From the NCBI GenBank assembly GCA_963677435.1, contig OY781945.1:288001-352000 (forward strand): a stretch of DNA of 64,000 nt, read 5' to 3'. The position numbers and the translations under genes are program-made. This stretch comes from an uncultured Aliarcobacter sp. GTDB lineage: Bacteria; Campylobacterota; Campylobacteria; Campylobacterales; Arcobacteraceae. Shown here one piece after another: positions 59,764-64,000 of this stretch (position 1 is the first letter of the stretch; every line of letters begins with the position of its first letter). The notes under the pieces were generated by a model. That model was not told the origin of the DNA. It was given only the letters and a program-made list of their open reading frames with translations, and did not search any database.

Positions 59764-61220
59764 TATATTGCCTTACAATCCCATTCTGGGTAATTTCTTC
59801 TAATAAATTCATTTAATTCAATTTCAGCTTTTGAGTAAACTTTTTTCTCATCTTCAAGTTTTGCAAAACCTTCAATTGAAGATACAATCATTCCAGCACC
59901 AACAGTTGAATTTGTATATTTATCTATGATAATAAAACTTCCTGTATATCTGTTTTCATGGTATGGATCAACTGCAATTTCTCTATCTAATGATAATGTA
60001 CATTTTGCAATATCATTAAGTGATAATTCACTTGCTTCAATTTCTTCAAAAGTATTAATATTTTTCTTAAATTCAATAGCGTTAAATGCACCATTTATAA
60101 CTGAAGTTGCTCTTTTAATCACATAATTTTGATTAAGTTTCATTGGAGTTTCATCCATCCATACTACCATTGCTGACAAGTGATTTGATACTTTAGGAAT
60201 ATCAGTAGATTTAACTATCATATCACCTCTTGAAATATCAATCTCATCTTCAAGTGTAATTGTTGTTGCCATTGGAGCGAATGCTTTTTGTATTGTTTCA
60301 ACTTGCTCATCTTTTCCAATTGGTCTTAAATCTTTAATATCATTTGATACTATTGATTTTACTTTAGATGTTTTTCTTGATGGTAAAACTGTAATTTCAT
60401 CACCAACGTTTATCTCACCACTTGCAATTGTTCCAGAGAATCCTCTAAAATTTAAGTGAGGACGTAATACATATTGAACAGGAAGTCTAAATGATGAAGA
60501 TTCTTGTTTATGTATAGACGTATTGTCTAATAATGGCATTAAAGGAAGACCTTTATACCAAGAACATTTTGGCGAAATAGTTAAGATATTATCTCCATCA
60601 AGTGCCGAAATAGGGATAAACTGAATATTTAAATCATTATGATGAGGAAGGTACTCGATAATTTCATTATAATCTTTTTTGATTTTTTCAAATACTTCTT
60701 CACTAAAATCAACTAAGTCCATTTTATTAATAGCAACGATTAGGTTTTTAATACCTAATAAACTTGCAATATAAGAGTGTCTTTTAGTTTGAGTTAAAAT
60801 TCCTTGTCTTGCATCTATTAAAATAATAGCAATATCAGCAGTACTAGCACCCGTTGCCATATTTCTTGTATATTGCTCATGACCTGGAGTATCTGCTATG
60901 ATAAACTTTCTTTTATCAGTTGAGAAGAATCTATAAGCAACATCAATAGTAATACCTTGTTCTCTCTCACTAGCTAATCCATCAACTAAAAGTGCTAAGT
61001 CAATTTTATCACCAGTAGTTCCTGATTTTTTACTATCTTTTTCAATAGCTGCTAATTGATCTTCAAAAATCATTTTTGAATCATATAAAAGTCTTCCAAT
61101 TAGAGTACTTTTACCATCATCAACACTTCCACAAGTGATAAATCTACATATTTCTTTATTCTCGTGTTCTTTTAAATATTGTTCTATATTTTCTGCTATT
61201 AAATCTGATTGATGTGCCAT
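59763..61220 (-). CDS. cysN: Sulfate adenylyltransferase subunit 1 (probable start 61220)
   Basis: TCGSVDDGKSTLIGRLL, EREQGITIDVAY, DTPGHEQYTRNM, NKMD. Confidence 0.97.
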   Translation of the reverse strand: MAHQSDLIAENIEQYLKEHENKEICRFITCGSVDDGKSTLIGRLLYDSKMIFEDQLAAIEKDSKKSGTTGDKIDLALLVDGLASEREQGITIDVAYRFFSTDKRKFIIADTPGHEQYTRNMATGASTADIAIILIDARQGILTQTKRHSYIASLLGIKNLIVAINKMDLVDFSEEVFEKIKKDYNEIIEYLPHHNDLNIQFIPISALDGDNILTISPKCSWYKGLPLMPLLDNTSIHKQESSSFRLPVQYVLRPHLNFRGFSGTIASGEINVGDEITVLPSRKTSKVKSIVSNDIKDLRPIGKDEQVETIQKAFAPMATTITLEDEIDISRGDMIVKSTDIPKVSNHLSAMVVWMDETPMKLNQNYVIKRATSVINGAFNAIEFKKNINTFEEIEASELSLNDIAKCTLSLDREIAVDPYHENRYTGSFIIIDKYTNSTVGAGMIVSSIEGFAKLEDEKKVYSKAEIELNEFIRRNYPEWDCKAI

Positions 61221-61221
61221 T

Positions 61222-62136
61222 CTAAAAATATCCTTCTTGTTTCTTTTTCTCCATTGATGCGTCACCATCACTATCTATTAATCTTCCTTGTCTTTCACTT
61301 GTAGTACAAATTAACATCTCTTGAATAATCTCAGGTAAAGTTGTAGCTTCACTATTAACGGCACCTGTAAGTGGATAACAACCTAAAGTTCTAAATCTTA
61401 CCATCTCTTTTTTAGCTGTTTTTCTTAACTCTTCAGGCATTCTGTCATCATCTACCATGATTTTTGTACCCATATATTCAACTACTTCTCTCTCTTTTGA
61501 AAAGTATAAATCAGGAATAGGAATACCTTCAAGATAAATATATTGCCAAATATCTAATTCTGTCCAATTTGATAATGGGAATACTCTAATAGACTCACCT
61601 TTTGTGTGTTTTCCGTTATATATATTCCACAACTCTGGTCGTTGAGATTTTGGATCCCATCTATGGTTTTTATCTCTAAAAGAGTAGATTCTCTCTTTTG
61701 CTCTTGATTTCTCTTCATCTCTTCGAGCACCCCCAAATACAGCATCAAACTTTTGGATATTTAACATCTGTTTTAATCCTTCAGTTTTCATAACATCTGT
61801 ATGTAATGCTGACCCGTGAGTAAATGGAGAGATATTCATCTCTTCACCTTTTGGATTAGTATAAACTATAAGTTCCATACCAACTTCTTTTGCTCTTTTA
61901 TCCCTAAACTCAATCATCTCTTTAAACTTCCATGTTGTATCAACATGAACTAAAGGAAGTGGAGGAGGTGCAGGATAAAATGCTTTTTGTAAAAGATGTA
62001 ACATTACAGAAGAGTCTTTTCCAACACTATATAACATTGCTGGATTTGAGAACTCTGCTACAACTTCTCTCATAATATGCATTGATTCTGCTTCTAGTTG
62101 TTTTAGATGTGTTAATCTATTTTGACTTATTTGCAT
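61222..62136 (-). CDS. cysD: Sulfate adenylyltransferase subunit 2 (probable start 62136)
   Basis: [38 protein letters not shown]. Confidence 0.97.
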   Translation of the reverse strand: MQISQNRLTHLKQLEAESMHIMREVVAEFSNPAMLYSVGKDSSVMLHLLQKAFYPAPPPLPLVHVDTTWKFKEMIEFRDKRAKEVGMELIVYTNPKGEEMNISPFTHGSALHTDVMKTEGLKQMLNIQKFDAVFGGARRDEEKSRAKERIYSFRDKNHRWDPKSQRPELWNIYNGKHTKGESIRVFPLSNWTELDIWQYIYLEGIPIPDLYFSKEREVVEYMGTKIMVDDDRMPEELRKTAKKEMVRFRTLGCYPLTGAVNSEATTLPEIIQEMLICTTSERQGRLIDSDGDASMEKKKQEGYF

Positions 62137-62263
62137 TTTTTTCCCTTTCAAATGGTTCCCATTTTAAAGGAACCTATTTTTTATATAACTACTTTTTAGC
62201 GGATTTGTGAAAAATCCCTAAAAGTAGCAAAACCTAAAGGGCTTTGAGAACAAAGCCTTACTC

Positions 62264-62968
62264 TTATTTCTTGTGTAAACCACACTCTTTGTGTTCTGGG
62301 TTTTCCCACCACCATCTTCCTGCTCTTATATCTTCACCATCTTTGATAGCTCGTGTACATGGAGCACAACCAATACTTGGAAATCCTTTATCGTGAAGTT
62401 TATTATATGGAACTTTGTTTTCTTTTATATAATCCCATACATTTTCTTCTGTCCAATTAATTAAAGGATTTACTTTAATTACTTTGAAGTTCTCATCCCA
62501 TTCAACTAAAGGCATATCAACTCTTGTAACACTTTGAGCAGCTCTTAAACCAGTTACCCAAACTTCAACATTTTTTAAAGCTCTTTTTAAAGGTTCGATT
62601 TTTCTGATATTACAGCAGTTTTTTCTATTATCAATACTCTCATAGTGACCATTTACACCTTGAGTTTGATAAAGTTCTTGTACCTTTTCATATTGAGGAA
62701 AAAATACATCAATTTTTACACCATACTTTAAATTTGTTGCATCCATAACATCATAAGTTTCAGGGTGTAATCTTCCTGTATCTAATGTAAATATTGTTGC
62801 ATTCTTATCTTGTTTCAAAATAATATCTGTTAAAACTTGGTCTTCAGCTGCTAAGCTTGAACTTAGTTTTACATTTTTGAATTTTGTTAAGAAATACTCT
62901 ATAACTTCTTGTGTAGATTTATTTTCTAAATCTTTATTTATATCTTTTATTAATTCTTTATTACTCAT
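62264..62968 (-). CDS. cysH: APS/PAPS reductase (CC...CxxC iron-sulfur type)
   Basis: LDTGRL, NCCNIRK, TGLR, SIGCAPCT, RAGRW, ECGLH. Confidence 0.95.
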   Translation of the reverse strand: MSNKELIKDINKDLENKSTQEVIEYFLTKFKNVKLSSSLAAEDQVLTDIILKQDKNATIFTLDTGRLHPETYDVMDATNLKYGVKIDVFFPQYEKVQELYQTQGVNGHYESIDNRKNCCNIRKIEPLKRALKNVEVWVTGLRAAQSVTRVDMPLVEWDENFKVIKVNPLINWTEENVWDYIKENKVPYNKLHDKGFPSIGCAPCTRAIKDGEDIRAGRWWWENPEHKECGLHKK

Positions 62969-62978
62969 TTTTTATAAC

Positions 62979-63209
62979 CTAAATTTGATAATCAGTTGCT
63001 GGAGGTTGAACTCTTCCAAGGGGAATTTTATTCCATGCTCTTTCGTGAAAATAGTAAAGTGCCATTTTTGTAATAACTTCAATTGAACCAATTGAAGCTG
63101 CCATTACTAGATTTCCTGTTACGAAATACGATATTATCATCGTATCAAGAGTACCAACTGTTCGCCATGAAATAGATTTTACTACTGATCTATATGGTTT
63201 TTCGTGCAT
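62979..63209 (-). CDS. DUF2061 small membrane protein
   Basis: RSVVKSISWR...YYFHERAW; typical of cys operons. Confidence 0.85.
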   Translation of the reverse strand: MHEKPYRSVVKSISWRTVGTLDTMIISYFVTGNLVMAASIGSIEVITKMALYYFHERAWNKIPLGRVQPPATDYQI

Positions 63210-63252
63210 TTATTTTCCTATATTTAATTAAAGAAATTATGATAAAGAGTTT

Positions 63253-63999
63253 TTACTCTTCATCATAATCATATAAACCTGAACTTAGGTATCTTTCCCC
63301 TGTATCACATAAAATTGTAACAACAGTTTTACCTTTGTTTTCTGGTCTTGATGCAATTAATTGTGCTGCATGAACATTTGCTCCAGCTGATATTCCAATT
63401 AATAAACCTTCAGTTTGCGCTAAATGTCTTGAAGCTGCTATTGCATCATCATTTGATACTTGTAAAACTTCATCATAAATTTTTGTATTTAAAACATCAG
63501 GTACAAACCCAGCTCCAATTCCTTGAATTTTATGAGGTCCTGGTTTCCCACCACTTAATACTGGACTCGCTTCTGGTTCAACGGCAATAATTTGGATATT
63601 TGGATTATGAGCTTTTAAAACTTCACCAGTTCCAGTTATTGTTCCACCAGTTCCAATAGCAGCTACGAAAATATCAATTTTCCCATCAGTATCAGCTAAA
63701 ATCTCTTTTGCAGTTGTAAGTCTGTGAATCTCAGGATTTGCAACATTTGCAAATTGTTGAGGAATAAAAGAGTTTGGAGTCTCTTCTTGTAATTCAACAG
63801 CTTTTTCAATAGCACCTTTCATTCCTTTTTCAGGCGCAGTTAATACTAACTCAGCTCCTAAAGCTTTTAATAATCTTCTTCTTTCAATACTCATTGATGA
63901 AGGCATTGTAAGAACTAATTTAATTCCAAGAGCAGCACAAACAGAAGCTAATGCAATTCCAGTATTTCCACTTGTAGGTTCAATTACAGTTGTACCTTC
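63253..63999 (-). CDS. cysK: Cysteine synthase (5' truncated by window)
   Basis: Frame extends to window end: [36 protein letters not shown]. Confidence 0.95.
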   Translation of the reverse strand, partial: EGTTVIEPTSGNTGIALASVCAALGIKLVLTMPSSMSIERRRLLKALGAELVLTAPEKGMKGAIEKAVELQEETPNSFIPQQFANVANPEIHRLTTAKEILADTDGKIDIFVAAIGTGGTITGTGEVLKAHNPNIQIIAVEPEASPVLSGGKPGPHKIQGIGAGFVPDVLNTKIYDEVLQVSNDDAIAASRHLAQTEGLLIGISAGANVHAAQLIASRPENKGKTVVTILCDTGERYLSSGLYDYDEE

Positions 64000-64000
64000 T

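Noticed and set aside
33778..62151. ORF-track start codons for RR (34491), alpha-E (43208), second M14 (44831), hsp20 (55446), cysN (61271) and cysD (62151)
   Set aside because: Downstream starts have better RBS or avoid long overlaps with neighbouring genes and promoters

Overview
AT-rich chromosomal window from a nitrogen-fixing Campylobacterota bacterium, most likely Arcobacteraceae (judged from ruvC-dnaA-dnaN-gyrB order, an FqrB-like gene and TGTATAAT -10 boxes). In order: the 3' end of nifK; a ModE-boxed modE-modA-TOBE-modBCD molybdate operon; a nif accessory region with three sigma54 promoters (AKR, SdhA/NadB-like flavoprotein, nifT, nifA, a Tpx-fold protein lacking the peroxidatic Cys, SIR2-like protein, second ClpX, FdxN-type ferredoxin); SRP RNA; queF; gyrB-dnaN-dnaA with a bipartite oriC (DnaA boxes and DnaA-trios); housekeeping genes; an SHP/diheme cytochrome c/cytochrome b operon with a two-component system; eptA-pap2-dgkA; typA; a 13-kb pair of convergent operons; hemerythrin; hsp20; and the cysK-cysH-cysDN sulfate assimilation operon. 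The convergent operons encode circularly permuted ATP-grasp ligases, alpha-E proteins, two transglutaminases, a DUF2126 amidoligase and an active/degenerate pair of M14 peptidases. They are the best candidate for an uncharacterised system: a peptide ligation/tagging-and-removal machinery whose two promoters share a TGTA-N9-TACA motif, with a near-match upstream of nifA. All calls come from motif recognition by eye; no searches or computations were run.
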